DNA from: Paraspadella gotoi
Taxonomy: Eukaryota; Animalia; Chaetognatha
DNA: 64,000 bases
Assembly: GCA_051294375.1 (NCBI GenBank)
Contig: CM119268.1
Coordinates: 20,363,747 to 20,427,746 of the forward strand
Direction of reading: 5' to 3'
Under the pieces are notes generated by a model, which made no database searches, was not told the origin of the DNA, and saw only the letters and a list, made by a program, of their open reading frames with translations. The stretch's first letter is position 1. Every line of letters begins with the position of its first letter. Of this stretch, positions 27,721-40,976 are shown piece by piece. The position numbers were made by a program, and so were the translations under genes.

Positions 27721-29543
27721 GTAAAGATGTGGTAGAGGAAGTTTGAGTGATGAGTTGGCAATCGAGGCAATGGAAAAGCCAAAAGGGTCTTTGAAGGAAA
27801 GTCATTACGGGAATCGTTCTTTATACTATTGAAACATTGTATTATACCACTTCATTGATAGGGAAGAGGATATGCTGGGAGTGAATAAACTATGTGAGAA
27901 TCTTGATTGAAAGCTTACATGGTCCTGCTATGTTATTATCTTGTAAGAGTGATGGAGGCAAAATTAGGGGCAAGATAGCTTATTTATTAAATGAAGGGAT
28001 AATTTTATATTGGTTGTATAATGTATATACCAATTTCATAACTGTCAAAAAGAAATACTGTGGTCACTGTGGATTTGGTGAGTGAAGAAGTATGCTTTAA
28101 ACTTTAAATTGTGGAGGGAAAAGGAAAACGTAAAGAAACGCATGGTTAAAAAGGATTTTTAAGTTGGGAAGTTTACATGTAAAAAGACGAAAGAGAGAAA
28201 GAAAAAAGAGAGAAAGAGAGAGTGTAGGAGAGAAAGAAAAAGAGAGAAAGAGAGAGTGTAGGAGAGAAAAGTGTAGTTATGAGAGAAAGAAGTTTGAATT
28301 TCCGCGGTGATAAGGAAAGAGTTGACTGGGGGGGGGGTGAAAAGTGAAATTTAAAGGAGCTACGGGACTAATTCGATAGGGAGAGATCGGAAGAGTGAGC
28401 GAGAGAGGGAGGTCAATTGGGCGTGGCAGAATGATATACCGGCTTCGTCTATCGAGGCACCTCCCTATCACTAAGTATCACACTATGTTCACCTCTCACG
28501 CCCATTTCCCTTTCACCCCCTTCCCCCTCTCACCGCAATCTCCCACTGACCCCTCTCACCCTCTCACCGCCATCTCCCACTGACCCCCTTCCCCCTCTTA
28601 CCGCCATCTCCACTGACCCACCTACCCCCCTTCCCACTGACCCCGTTCCTTCATCTCCACTTCCATCTCAAACACTCCCCATTTTCCTTTCACGCATCGT
28701 ACGCTCCGTTTGTGAAAAGATTACCTTAGTGATTCAACGAGTATTTTATTATGAGCCAAGACTTTTTTTTTTCTTTCCACTGACTTTTTCTCTCGTTCTT
28801 AAGATTTTGGAATTCTAGGATCGGGTTTATATTTAAATGGCAAAACGATACGATAATAGTTACGATTGCCTCAAGCTTATTTTAAGAGAGTGAAAAAAAA
28901 AAGAAAAAAAAAGATCAAAATTTCGGGAATTTCGACTATTAAGTCGGTCCGTAAATGTGAGTCATGAGCTCCGACGGTTTTACGTAACTTTTATGTAATT
29001 TTAGTCGCGCGGAGACGCTAGTCATAATAAGATTTTCGATCTATCGATGTTGTATTTAAAAAATTTAAGCTTAAAACGATAAAAGTATTACGGAATAAGG
29101 TTTTATCAATTAATCACCCCTTACATAATACGCAATTACGCATTGTCCATATATGACGTCAAAAAATGTAATCTGACGTCAAATATCACACTAAGCGTCG
29201 TAGGATGAACTTAGCTGATCAGTGAGCAGTGAGCACATTATCGCGCTCAAGATTCCATTTCACTGACTTACCAAACTCATTCCAAATTTTTCCTCCCATT
29301 TCTCTTCATAGAGTCTCCAAACCTTGATATTTGACCTCAAATATTAATCAAATTTTTCGAAAGAAATCTCCAGCTTTCGCTGTCATATTTTTGTCTCTAC
29401 CAGAAAGTCCAAAAGACGGTCAGACTCAGTTCTTATTTGCTATTTCCCCTTATACTAAAGATTTATTTAGGAAAAAGTAACATTTCGCCTCGTTCAAAAG
29501 TCAAACTTTTTTGACTTTTGTTAAATTATGAAAATTAAAGTAT

Positions 29544-29758
29544 TGAAGAGACAGTGATAATTGTTAAGTGTTAGTGACAGAACCGTTCAATATAAGCAGT
29601 CCCTGAGCTTCGGATCAGGCTGGAACACCGTGTTACAGGCGGGTTAAGCTCGGCGACCATCGGGCTAGAACCCCGGACCTTTGGGTTGGGGAGGCGAATG
29701 ACTTGCCTCCGGCTCCAATGGCCGCTGATGAACGGTTGGTGGATTTTAGTCCACCATA
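29544..29758 (-). mobile_element. Family 1 solo LTR, reverse strand, with a deletion in the ribozyme 5' part
   Basis: TGAAGAGACAG...GTCCACCATA on + is the reverse complement of the LTR; flanks GTAT/GTTT match 3 of 4. Confidence 0.88.
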
Positions 29759-29771
29759 GTTTTAAATTTTT

Positions 29772-31422
29772 ATCAAGCCATGACCGGCGAAGCCGGTTCA
29801 GGCTTGATATTCATTCGGGTGAGCTTCTTTGTGACGTAGTCGTCGTCGTCGTCGTCGTCGTCCGTCACGCTGTTTTTCTATATAAAAACTACTACGCTTT
29901 TATAGGTTTGGCTGTGACTTACCGTTTTTTTTTAAATAAAAATTATTATGAATTATGATAAAGTTTTCAAAAGTGTGCATTCATAGTAAGTTAAAGATTT
30001 AGATATGGCTTCTCATCTTGAAATAGCTTTGATATTTTCTTATTACATTTGGATTTAAGTATTTTTTTGTTGAATTTCCACTTCATTATTATTTACTGCA
30101 ATATGCAAATGAGATTATAGTACTCATTATCATATCCAAATTAGTATATAGAAATGCTTTTAATCAAATTTACATTTTGCAGTATATAATATTGAAGATG
30201 AAATTCAAAAAAAAATTTTTAAATCTCTAATAAAAATGGGAACTCAAAATAACTTTTTAATGAGAAGCTATATCTTAATTTAATACAAATAAAAATAAAA
30301 TCTTTTACAAGCTGCGATTGGAAAAATTGGAAAAATTTCAAATTGTAAACCATTGTAACATTTTTTACCTTTTTTTATTTCTTTTATTTCTTTTATTCTT
30401 TATTTCAGAAAAAAACGAGTTCAGTTTTCTGCACTGACTGTACAGCGGCCTTCAAGCAGCTGTCCAGCTTTGTCTCTCTTTTCTCTTCTTTCTCTCTCTC
30501 TCTCTCTTCTCTTTCTGTCTCTTTCTTCTCTTTACGATCTCTTGCGTGTCGTTCTTTTTGAAAAATTATGATTATATTTTTCTTTTCTAAAAACTTTTAT
30601 TTCGGGCTTTTTTCTCATACAAAATCCCAAATTTACATCCGAGATTTTCGTGGATACATTTTTAAAAAAGTGAAGAATAAACTTATATTGACATGCATTG
30701 TCACATATAACTTTGAACCGGTTGGCCCACTATTGGCAAATTATATCTAAAATAGGAGTTGATAAGAGAGATAATAGTCAAATTAAACATTACTTTTTTT
30801 GTTATTCTGACAATTTTATACTATTATTAAATTTGTAAATATTTTTAGTGTATATATTTAATCATTTTTATCTTTTTTTTAAATAATAATTATTTTGAGT
30901 TGTGATAACTATTTATAAATTAATTAAATATGCAAATATAAAATTTGACCTCGGTCTGGTTTCTTCTCTTAAAAAAAGAACAATTCAAAAATTTCATTCA
31001 AGAATTAAAATTTTTTTAAAATGAGGAAATAAAATTTTTTTGATAAGTAAAAAAAATATTTGGAAGTCAAAAATATCATAGTCGTTAAACTGAGAATTTC
31101 AACTATATATTTTGTTAATAGGGATTATAATTTTTGGATCATTATTATTTGAAAAGAGTTTAGTTTTTTTCTTCTGAATAGGGGTAGCCCCTCTCAATGG
31201 GGGAATCAAAAATTTAGTATGGGAACATGCTCAAACGAAAAATTATGCATTTTTAAGTTTACTTTCAATGTACAAAAATTTTTATTATGGCTCTATACCC
31301 AAATATTTATTTTGTAATATTTTTTTATAGAAAGGAAAAGAGTTCGTCCCTACTCATATTCGTCGGAAAATGAGTTCAGCTCTGCAGCGGCGGTCTAGCG
31401 GCGGTCACGCGGCTGTCCAGCT

Positions 31423-31457
<35 letters not shown>

Positions 31458-31786
31458 TTTTTTTTCCTTCTAAAAACTTTATATATCGCCATATTTCGCG
31501 CTTTTTTCTCAATACAAAATCCCAAATTTACATCCGACATTTTCGTGGATTTTTTCCCTAAAAATTCTGATTATTCCTTATATAAACGAGAGAGACCTAA
31601 TAATGCGTTTCGTTGGCGGGAAAACTGTCCAGCCTCTCTCTCTCTCTTCTCTCTTCTCTCTCTCTCTCTCCTCTCCTTTCACTTTGTTTTTATTTACGAT
31701 GAATGATTCATCTGCGTCAATGAATGACTATCATCGCATCAATGAATTGACTATCATCTCATGGCTTGATCCTTATGCTTTTAAGA
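29772..31786 (+). mobile_element. HINE-like family C, second copy
   Basis: Same termini and body as 20066-21694. Confidence 0.7.
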
Positions 31787-32997
31787 TTTTTTTTCCCTAA
31801 TGTGATTTTCCTTTGTTTTTTTATTTTTCTATTTATTTTCATTTTTTGTATTTTATATTTTTTTTGTCTGAAAATTTCGTTCATACTTTCACAACGACGA
31901 CGACAACAACAACGACAATGACGACGACCACCGTGCCTGGACGAGTGACCGCATTTTAAACATCGCCCTCTTCAGCCTTCGCCGGAATCTTGGCCAATTT
32001 TGGCCAATTTGGCGGAGATTCTCGGCTAATTTTGGCCAATTGTGGCCAATTTTGGGTGGCGCGCCGGGTGCTTGGCGAGAGGGGGGGGGCCAAAGGGGGG
32101 AGTGAATCGCTGATCCGTCTCCCTCGTCGAAAAAAAGAGATGCTCCTTTCGACGAACGAGACCAAACGATTCTGATCTGCATTTTTTTTTATCTCGGGAG
32201 ACATCACCCTGTGAGAGAGAGAGAGAGAGAGACAGAAAGAAGGAAGGAGGTGCTAATATTATTAGTAATAAGGACTGAGAGAAAGAGATAGATATAAAGA
32301 AACTGAAGTGCTTTGATTGACGGGGGGATGAAGGAGTGAAAAAAAGACAGTAGTGAAAGAGAGAAAGCCGTAGTACATATGAAATAAAAATCTCACCCTC
32401 AGATAGAAGAATACTTAATAGTATAAGCCAAAGTTAAAAAAGGGAACGAGGGACGTATAAATAATTTTAATACATACATGTAAAATTGCTACAACTAATA
32501 AATAAAAATTATTCGTTTAACAAACAAGCCATCTCACCTCCCCTTACCCCGCCACCCTATTATTCAAGTTATTAATATTTTTAAAACATATATTTAAACC
32601 ATTCCATATTGATTCGATTGATAAATGCTTGATATTTATCCAGAAAAAGCAGCCCTCCGCCACCCGCCCGCCGACCGCTGCCCTTCAAATCTTCCGCGCC
32701 CCTGATCGCAATAGACGAGATCCCGGCTATTCGCAAAGGCCGCGGCCGGGTTTCCTCGCCCCGCCCGGCCCGCTTTTGGCCGCAGCGCCCATCGCCAGTG
32801 CCCCTAGCGGCCAAATCCTAAAGCGGAGGCGCCTCCGCAATTAAAGGAGGCTGGAACCTGATTTCACAGTCAAAAGAACATCGTTGGGGAGGAGGGGGAG
32901 GAGGGAAAATATGTATTTATATTTGATATCGATATAACAAATACATTCATTGAATAAATAAGTTGCTATGATGGGTTAAGTCCCCTGTCCCAAGCTA

Positions 32998-34593
32998 CAG
33001 AGTGTCTCAAGCGTACTGTCACTTTACAAATGACCGTTGTGTCAAATTGGTTAAGTGAATAATTAATTTAAAAGAACTACCGGAATGATGAGTTCATGCA
33101 GTTTTTTGGTACCATGATGGAAAAAAAAAGTGTCGCGGTTTGGAAAAGCCATAATGCTGCATAATGTGATAATTCATTGTCTTTTACTTCAACAAAATCT
33201 TTATTTTTTTATTTTTGGACTTATTTGATTCTTGATTCTGATAAAACATCCAAAGGTAAATAAAAATGATAACTTTGCTTACAGAAAGGTTACCCGGAAC
33301 CTTATAACTTTTATTGATACTTTACAATTTAAAAATAATATTCTGTAACATTTACAGCATCAATGTATTTTTAATATTGCTCTTTTTTGACATATGAATG
33401 AAGATTCATCCCTGAATCTATCCTAATTGGGATAATGCAATAACCATTTGACATGAGTCTAAGAAAAGGCAGGGATTTTTAATAGTATTGGTTAAACTCA
33501 AAAAGTAATAAAAAAGAACCGGAAATGAGTATAAATAAAAAGTATAGATATAAAAAAGATAAAAATGAAGGAAGCATTTTTTTGGACAACATTTTTTGTC
33601 ATACATAAATGAGATACAGCTTATATGAATCACAAAAGGCCAAAGTTTCTTAATATCTAAATTTAAAAATCCAAAAAATAACTGGAAAGTAACCGCGACA
33701 CTTTTTTTTTCATCATGGTTTGTCCATTAAGCATTATCATGTTTATTTGTATTTTTGTTGTCACAATGCAAAGTTCAAATGAGGGAGATTTTTGATTTGA
33801 CAATTTATAAAAAAATTTATGTAATGTTTAATTTTTAAAGTTGTCCTGCTTTTGGAGAACAAAAAATTGTTCATGTTACCTAAGATTTTTGTAGATTAGG
33901 AATAATTGATGATGATGATAAGTTGATTTCCAAAAGAAAAGATGGCAAAGAATGATTTTGAAGAAAATTTGCTTTCATGGACGGCTATTATTTTTACCTT
34001 CAGGAAACTGTAAAATGTCATAAATTTATTATGCTATGATTTAGCATATAATATTTAGATGCATATAGTATATTTTACTACGAAAACTATTTTCCAGCAG
34101 ACTGCCGCTCATAAGCATTGCCAATGTAATTGGCTTTGTCAAACCAGCTGCATATCCGTAACAATTTTTCGATTAAAACTCATCAAATATTCTTAAATCC
34201 GGAAGGACTATGGTGAAACTCTGTCAGGAAAGGCCTGTGACCATCATTATACCATGGCCACATATTTTTATGTAACCAAGTAGCTGAAAAAAAAAACGCT
34301 GATGAAGGCTTGAAATGAAGCCGAAACATATCTGTTTTGCATAAAAATAAAATCGTTGTCAAAATTAAACTCAAACTGTCTCTAATTAGAAAGATTTGAA
34401 TTTTTCAAAATTGATAAAAGTTATTTCCAATATTTACTTTGAGTGCTGATAACATGTGATATAATCGTTTGATTTTAAAAATAAAGACATAAAAATAACT
34501 TCTGGATCCAAGGAGTACAGTAAATGTATTTTTTATAACTGTACTGATTCACTGTATTCATTTGTAAAATGACAGTACGCTTGAAACACTCTG
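32998..34593. mobile_element. TA-flanked TIR element with a nested inverted-repeat element (~33110-33720)
   Basis: TA-CAGAGTGTCTCAAGCGTACTGTCACTTTACAAATGA ... TCATTTGTAAAATGACAGTACGCTTGAAACACTCTG-TA; inner ACCATGATG..AGTGTCGCGGTT / AACCGCGACACT..CATCATGGT. Confidence 0.75.
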
Positions 34594-36981
34594 TACAATC
34601 AAGACACGCAATTCATATAGTCTAATATATCCCAAAGTTTTTAGCTTCTTTATTTTCGGTAAAAGGCCCACTCATGTAATAGATTATGGAATACTATTTC
34701 ACTGATAATAAAAAACTTTATAAAATTTAATTGTACATATTTAAATTGATTAAATTAGATTAAAATAAAACCCAAAATTAATTTCAGATGAACTCAATAT
34801 CAAGACAAGGGCAGTAGACTATTAACTTCAATAAAAAGCAGCTCTTGAATGAAATCACACTTAAACTTCGCCAAAACGATATCAGATTAGTCAGTGGTAA
34901 AAAATTTGTGTTTTTAAACCGGAAAATATAAGCCAATCACTTTTATTTAAACAAGTTTGAGCAAACAATGCCGGATCTGCCCACGATCATTAGTTAATTG
35001 ACTGATTAATTAATTAATTAATTAATTTGATCTGACAAGTTTGTTTTTTGATCTTTTCGTCACTGACCACGACCGCGCTCATAAGTAATTGGCGTTCAAA
35101 GCTAAAGGGAGACGGACAGACAGATGGACGGACGGAGGGACATTGTTTTTAGTCGGATCTGCTTATCAGCAGATCCCGACTCTATAATTCACTTTGTCGG
35201 TCTGTTGGTCCACCCCCTAAATCTTGTCGGGAACTCACTTATATCGAATTATGATAAATTATGCAAAAAAAATGATGTCCGTCTGTCTGTCCGTCCGTCC
35301 CACCTTAGCAAAAAACTCCAATTACTCGTGATTGGATGGAAAGATTGGTATGAAATTTTGTGTGTGGGTAGGGAAGTGTGTGATCGAGCTGGATATGAAG
35401 TTTTGATGGAATTGTCCGAGTGGAAATGAGTTTAAATGGAAAAAACAAAAAAAATATATTTCACTAATTAAACACCAATTGCGCATGAGTGAATTGATCG
35501 ATTGACTTGAAATTTTTTGAGTGGAAATGAGTTTAAATGGAAAAAACAAAAAACCAGTTTCACTAAGTGATTATGCTTCTTTTCATATTAAATGTAAATG
35601 CAAGAAGTATTAATTAATCAAATAATTAATCAGTTAATCAATCAGTTAATTAATCAGTCAATCGTTAATGGCATTATTCTCATCGTCGTCATTGCCTAAG
35701 TAAATATTAAATTAATTAATTAACCTGAATTATTTAATTATTAATTAATTAATTACTGTCACAACTGAAAGTGTTATGCTTATAGGCGGGGTGAGCCTAG
35801 GCAATGCCCAACTACTGATTTACCGACAAGCTTTTGAGGTGGGATCGACGAATTATAGAGCCGAGATAGAAATATGGGAGAAAAATATGGGAGAAAAGGG
35901 AGAAGACAAAATAAATTAAAATAGAAAAGAATTGATAAAAAGAGGAGAGAAAGCGAGTGAGAACCAAAAAGAAAGGTAGGCGGGAAAAAAATATTTGAGT
36001 AAAAGAGAGAAATGAATTATGAATTTTTTGTGGAGAAATGAAAGTTTCATGAGCTCAGGAGCGGAAAAACGACAAGAACCGAAAAAAAATTGTAGGCGAC
36101 AGTGAAATAAAAGAAAAAAGCTTTACTTTAATGTTTAAAAATGGTAATTATTAATCAGGGATAAACATGAATCAAAGAGACTGAATTTGAAACGAAATTA
36201 AAGAAAATTCAAATATGAAGGGGGGATAATGAAAGCCGATTGAAACTCGCTGCCAGATCATGAAACGAACAGAAAATGAACTTTCGACATCAGCGGTCGA
36301 GGAATTCCAGAATCGGACGAAGTCATCTCTCGGTCTTCGGACCTTCGTTCCAAACTTTCATTATCGAAATGACGTCAAAATTCACGCGTTCGTTTCACTC
36401 AAATTTGATTTGACAATTGGATAAGATCATTTAAGTAAATCATTTAAGTAAATCCCGTTCGAAATCATTCCAGAATTTTCTTCCTCTTCCGGAATCCTCT
36501 TCCTTATTCCTTTCCTCTGTTTCCGGGTTTCATTCATCTGTGATGAGATATTGCTCCGTAATCATCTCTCGCTTCCGCTGGTTAAGTCTCCTGATACTGG
36601 TATAAGTTCTCCAGAGACTTCCGGTTGTCACTGCAGGTCCTAAGCCCTGAACGCCAGCTGTCATTCGAATTCAAACCTCGGATATTTTATGGTTCGACGC
36701 TTATACCACGTTAGATAAGTTTATTTCAAAAATTATCATAGTCACAGTCTGTAAAAATATTCATCATTGAGATTCATCGTTCATATTCATTTTTATTCGA
36801 GGAAATTATTTCTCATCCGATTCTGTTTCTTTTCACCTTTTATCGATTTTTTTTTATCTCGCGTCTTTTAAATTAAAAGAAATGAAAAGGAATTTTTTTC
36901 TTTTTAACGTCGAGCCCTTTTCACGCAAGGAAAGAAAACTCGATAAATGATGAAAAATGAGAATCTTAGAAAGATGAGAAA

Positions 36982-37060
<79 letters not shown>

Positions 37061-37833
37061 TCTCCCTCTCTCCTCCCCAGGTCTACAGTCAATGAATTTT
37101 TAAACTCTTTTTCGCCTTAGTTAATCGTCAGTTGATTTGTTTCAGGAATTTCGACTTATGAATTGGGATTCTGAAACAGGAAGAGAGAAATGGAGATAGA
37201 AATCGAGAGAGAGATGGAGAGAAATGGATACAGAGATACAGAGAGAGCCGTGAAAATGGTCATCGAAGCTCCTTTTCCTCTGGTTAAAACTCTGCAGAAA
37301 AAACGTGTCCGAGATAGCGCCCGCTAAAAATGGCTAGATTTTTTTTACTATGTTAAATATTATGCCAAATTATCTTTTAGCTAATTTAATGCAAAACTGT
37401 TACAAGAGTAAAGAGAAATGATTATTATTAAAGCCTATGAAAAATCATTTCGACAGATAAAAACAAAAAGACGAAAAAATGAGACTTTGTGAATTGCTTA
37501 AGCGATGAACCATAAAAACCAGTCAAGTCCTTTAAAAGGTGTTTTGCAGCAGTAATTTTCAAACAGACCAACCAACCAACTGACGCCATAGTGTCTTGCA
37601 CTTGTAAAGGTGCTTTAACTTGCTATTACAGAACTACACAAGCATCTCAGAGGAAAATCGGTATTAAGAAAAAGGGTCATTCAATTCAACTTTAAAATAG
37701 GCTAAAATGGAGTACAAATTCAGAAAGCTGAGCTCCTGGCAATTCCGAAAATGTATCCACTTTAAGCATTTGATGCATTCTACCCCATTTTATATCGGTT
37801 TTAATTATAATATAAAATAAAAGAAACCTATCT

Positions 37834-38103
37834 GAAGAGTTGCAGGTCAAACGAAAAGGCCAATCCACCTGATATTTTTTATGAATTTTTTATTACTGAA
37901 TTAGAAAAATGTAATAGAGAGACATTTTTAAGTTTCAACTTGTATCCTTGAAAATGAAACATTTTAAACTTAAACCCTGAATTCTTTCTAACTGGAACGC
38001 GTTTATCAAAATGTCTCTCTATTACATTTTTACAAATGTTTTTAAGATTGCTAATTAAATTTTTAATTCAATATTATTGCAGTCGTTTAGGCTGCAACTC
38101 TTC
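37834..38103. mobile_element. Small MITE-like inverted-repeat element
   Basis: GAAGAGTTGCAGGTCAAACGA ... TCGTTTAGGCTGCAACTCTTC plus an internal inverted segment. Confidence 0.5.
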
Positions 38104-38501
38104 AAATTCAGTGTAGATTCATTGTAGCTCGAATTTCTTTACCATCTATTTAACTGAAGATTTTGTTCATGACTGGAAAACCAACAGAGTAACGAGATTG
38201 CTTAATTCTCCCCTTCTAAACTATTCCATACCGTGTTTTAACTTCTTACCTAGAATTTTTTAACAACCAGATTGAAAAACAAATCTTTAAAAAATGTGCT
38301 TACCCATTTAACTTAACAATTTTGTTATTTACCCTTTTAAAAAAAATTATTGAAAACGGAAGGTTTACATATAAATAAAAACTTATTTTTTTGTGATTAC
38401 TGATGACTATAATGTATTTCTCGATATATTAGCTCTAACACACCAATGATTACGTATTGTTATGCTGAATGACCTTTCCTCTTAACCAAATACTTTGACT
38501 T

Positions 38502-38738
38502 TATGGTGGACTAAAATCCACCAACCGTTCATCAGCGGCCATTGGTGCCGGAAGCAAGTCATTTGCCTCCCAACCCAAAGGTCCGGGGTTCTAGCCCGGT
38601 AGTTGTCTGGCAGTTAAGAGGGACGGGGCGCTTAACCCGCCTGTAACACGATGTTACATTCTGATCCGAAGCTCAGGGACTGCTTATATTGAACGGTTCT
38701 ATCACTAACACATAATAATAATAATTACTGTCTCTTCA
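38502..38738 (+). mobile_element. Family 1 solo LTR
   Basis: Single TATGG...CTTCA unit flanked by TSD ACTT/ACTT. Confidence 0.9.
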
Positions 38739-39364
38739 ACTTTATTGTATAAATGCTTGCAATCCGTTCCTGATCTCAAACAACTCTAATGGGAATTAAC
38801 ATGATTTTTACAAAGAAATAAATAAAATAAGCAAATAGCATATTTAATACATATTGATATTACCAGAGAAAGTGTTTTTCATACTCTGTCCAATGCTGTA
38901 GATCGAAAAACCTTAAACTTTTTTCACAATTTGAATATGCCAGATTGTATGCTATATGCCAGATCATTTTTTTACTGGCTAAATGGTCTGAAATTATGCC
39001 AGATCTGGCACACAGTATGCTAAGTTCACCAGAGTCCTTTTCCTCTTCCTCTTCTCCTTAGAACGTAAGTAGCAGATCTCTCTCGCTTCGATCGTACTGT
39101 TTCCCTCTAGGTTATTTTAATGCTTGATCAGGGCAACAGAGAAATAACCCAAGATCATTTATATTACTGAAAGATTTCAAATTTCCGATTACGTAGCCGG
39201 CGTTTTAGGTTAGGGATAAGGTTAGATGAGGGGTTACGGATCAGGGATTAAGGTTATGGATTAGAGTTTCGGGATAACGTTTAAGTTAGGATTATTATCA
39301 TTATTAAATCCACAAAATTTATTTTATGCATAAAGTTAAACTACTATCTAGGAAAAAAATATAT

Positions 39365-39988
39365 TATGGTGGACTAAAATCCACCAACCGTTCATCAGCG
39401 GCCATTGGTGCCGGAGGCAAGTCATTCGCCTCCCAACCCAAAGGTCTAGAGGGACGGGGCGCTTAACCTGCCTGTAACATGGTGTTACAGCCTGTTCCGA
39501 AGCTCAGGGACTGCTTATATTGAACGGTTCTGTCATTAACACTTATCAATAATTACTGTCTCTTCATTGGTGAGCCCGACTTCCGAACACAACAGCAACA
39601 ACAACACTTTCAGGCGACATGCCTCAACCTGGCGATGCACTTTCCGCCCACAACACATCAGGCGACATGCCTCAACTTGGTGACGAACTTTCCACCAAAA
39701 ACAACAATTTACTGAAGAGACGCAACAGACTTCTCCCTACGGGAGGGGGGGATGTATGGTGGACTAAAATCCACCAATCGTTCATCAGCGGCCATTGGTG
39801 CCGGAGGCAAGTCATTCGCCTCCCAACCCAAAGGTCCGGGGTTCTTGCCCGGTGGTCGTCTGGCAGTTAAGAGGGACGGGGCGCTTAACCCGCCTGTAAC
39901 ATAGTGTTACAGCCTGATCCAAATCTCAGGGACTGCTTATATTGAACGGTTCTGTCATTAACACTTATCAATAATTACTGTTTCTTCA
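39365..39988 (+). mobile_element. Family 1 miniature LTR element, second full copy (LTR 39365-39566 with internal deletion, PBS 39568-39580, LTR 39755-39988)
   Basis: Nearly identical to 5576-6228; TSD ATAT on both sides. Confidence 0.92.
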
Positions 39989-40693
39989 ATATCACATTTT
40001 TAATATCATATTTATTTTTCCATTATTTTTGGTATTTAGTTATTTGTTTTTATTTTAAATATAGTTAATAATTTTTTAAAATTTTTGTTAATTTGGCAAT
40101 GTTAAAGGCCTTGCACCTCTTTCTGGTTTGAAAATGTGCTATTACAGCTCTCAGAAAAGAGGGAAAGATGCACAACATTAATATCGGGGCTGAAAAGAAC
40201 TGCGTTAAAGATATGAAAAAATATTTTATTATCATACCTTAATTTTCTGTATAAGAGCATACCCAGATGAATGCTGGCAGTAGTCGATGGAGAAGAAGGG
40301 CATACCAAATATTGAGAAAGTTTTAACCATATGTTATATACTTTTTATTGAATAAATGAATTATGTGATATACGTTTTTCCGAGATAGTATATTTGTCAT
40401 CTCCTTCGCTAAGTTTATGGATGACTCAGCAACAAAAAGAATCGTGCCAGCGATGTAACTGGTCCTGGGCGTTTTCCAGGCCCCCGAGGGGTGATGCCTT
40501 TTATAACTATTAGTATTGACGGAGAGAGAGACACACACAGAGACAGACATTGGAAATTACAGTAGGGTGGAGCAAAGTGAGTGAGAGTAAGAAGAGAGAG
40601 GAGAGCTCTTCACAGCTTCACTGCAGAATTAAGAGAAGAGTAAAGAAGAGAAAGGAGGAACAAATTTGAAAATTGAAAGAGCGGGAGAATTCC

Positions 40694-40976
<283 letters not shown>

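Noticed and set aside
32629-32844. GC-rich ORF as a coding exon
   Set aside because: No recognisable domain or partner exons; may be regulatory.
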